From contig CAVAPV010000004.1 of the NCBI GenBank assembly GCA_963590525.1, positions 1,465 to 65,464 of the forward strand: 64,000 nucleotides of DNA, read 5' to 3'. Positions 63,075 to 64,000 of this stretch are shown here, piece after piece (position 1 is the stretch's first letter; every line of letters starts with the position of its first letter). Below the pieces are notes generated by a model, which did not search any database, was not told where the DNA came from, and worked only from the letters and a program-made list of their open reading frames with translations. The position numbers were made by a program, and so were the translations under genes. The stretch is from Agathobacter rectalis. GTDB taxonomy: Bacteria; Actinomycetota; Coriobacteriia; Coriobacteriales; QAMH01.

Positions 63075-64000
63075 TTAGTTCCAGGTGACGGTTTTGCGTA
63101 TCAGCAGCTCTACGAGGCCGTCCAACACGGTAACCACTATGCCCACCATGATGATGCCCGCAACCACGTTGGTGTAATTAGCGTAGTTGGTGTAATTGAT
63201 AACAAAATAGCCCAAACCGCTTTGCGCTCCGTACATCTCGGCCATGACCAGCATGAGCATAGCTGCCGGCAGCTGCGTCTTAAGACCGGTCACCACCGTG
63301 GGATACGAATACGGCAAAAGCACCTTGAAAATCATAGCTGGCGTAGAAAGCCCCAGCATGCGCGCAGAATCAACTATATGCTTGTCCATTTTCTCCACGC
63401 GCAAAATAGTGTTTAGCAACGTCGGCCAGAAGATCCCTAAAAAGATGACCATCACAGCGGCCGCCTTAAACGAAGGCATGAGCAAGATGAGATACGGCGC
63501 AAACACAATCGCCGGCACCGGCGCCAAAACATGAGCTATGGGATACACCGTCTCACGCACTTTGGGCATCCAGCCCACAAACATGCCGATGATATTGCCC
63601 GCCACAAGCGAAGTAAGAAAACCCTCGGCCAACAAAGTCAACGAAGACGTCACGTTAAGCAGGAGCTCATCCCAGCGACTGGGAAAAACCGCAAACACGT
63701 TTTCAGGGTTGGGCACGAGCACCGGATGTGTGAGTTTGAGGTCTGTAGAAACGAGCTCCCAGACAATAAACAGCAGCCATATCACGATAGCTATATGACA
63801 CGTCGAACGCTTGCAGCCGTTTGCCAAGTAGCGCCAAACAAAGAGCGCCTCGACGATGGCTACAGCGCCGTAAAACGGAATGCTCGTCTTTGGCATAACC
63901 TTGCCGGGAACGGCGATGACCACGAGTAAAACGATAAACAGCGCGCTCGCCAGCGCAAAGGATACGTTGAAGAATCTGCCGGGCTTTTGTCGCGGGGATA
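63075..64000 (-). CDS. ABC transporter permease (NitT/TauT-like BPD_transp_1); 5' end beyond the window
   Basis: ..ARMLGLSTPAMIFKVLLPYSYPTVVTGLKTQLPAAMLMLVMAEM.. (EAA-like loop). The frame stays open to position 64000 (..RFFNVSFALASALFIVLLVVIAVPG..), so the track start at 63923 is probably internal. Confidence 0.8.
   Translation of the reverse strand, partial: SPRQKPGRFFNVSFALASALFIVLLVVIAVPGKVMPKTSIPFYGAVAIVEALFVWRYLANGCKRSTCHIAIVIWLLFIVWELVSTDLKLTHPVLVPNPENVFAVFPSRWDELLLNVTSSLTLLAEGFLTSLVAGNIIGMFVGWMPKVRETVYPIAHVLAPVPAIVFAPYLILLMPSFKAAAVMVIFLGIFWPTLLNTILRVEKMDKHIVDSARMLGLSTPAMIFKVLLPYSYPTVVTGLKTQLPAAMLMLVMAEMYGAQSGLGYFVINYTNYANYTNVVAGIIMVGIVVTVLDGLVELLIRKTVTWN

Overview
This is a high-GC chromosomal segment from a monoderm anaerobe, probably a Coriobacteriia-like Actinomycetota. 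That placement is inferred from gene content and codon style, not from any search. Most of the window is housekeeping or metabolic: asd, purH, purB, serC, typA, hpf, purine nucleoside phosphorylase, one tRNA-Glu, two ABC uptake systems, MFS and Na+/alanine transporters, a giant acyl-CoA-dehydratase-activase fusion, and a UPF0210 protein. Three regions look accessory. (1) The left end carries a ydhV/ydhX/ydhW-like tungsten/molybdenum redox cluster with a truncated molybdopterin oxidoreductase. It is followed by an AT-richer islet with a class II Fic protein and a RelE/ParE-HigA type toxin-antitoxin pair. (2) A ~960-codon secreted surface protein is split into two ORFs exactly at a G9 homopolymer tract. 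(3) An 11-gene Tad/Flp type IVc pilus locus lies beside the tRNA-Glu. It has no TadZ, and it ends in a 1010-aa B-repeat protein and a BspA-type LRR protein. Non-coding observations: a perfect Cheo-type LexA box inside the promoter of a fused PafBC-like double-WYL regulator; two long structured leader/sRNA candidates with strong intrinsic terminators; a 13-copy heptanucleotide array; an extended hairpin overlapping the typA stop codon; a 141-bp inverted-repeat element; and a tandem duplication of the asd 3' end. I found no rRNA, CRISPR array, transposase or integrase. All homology calls come from reading the translations and recalling family motifs. No database search was run.
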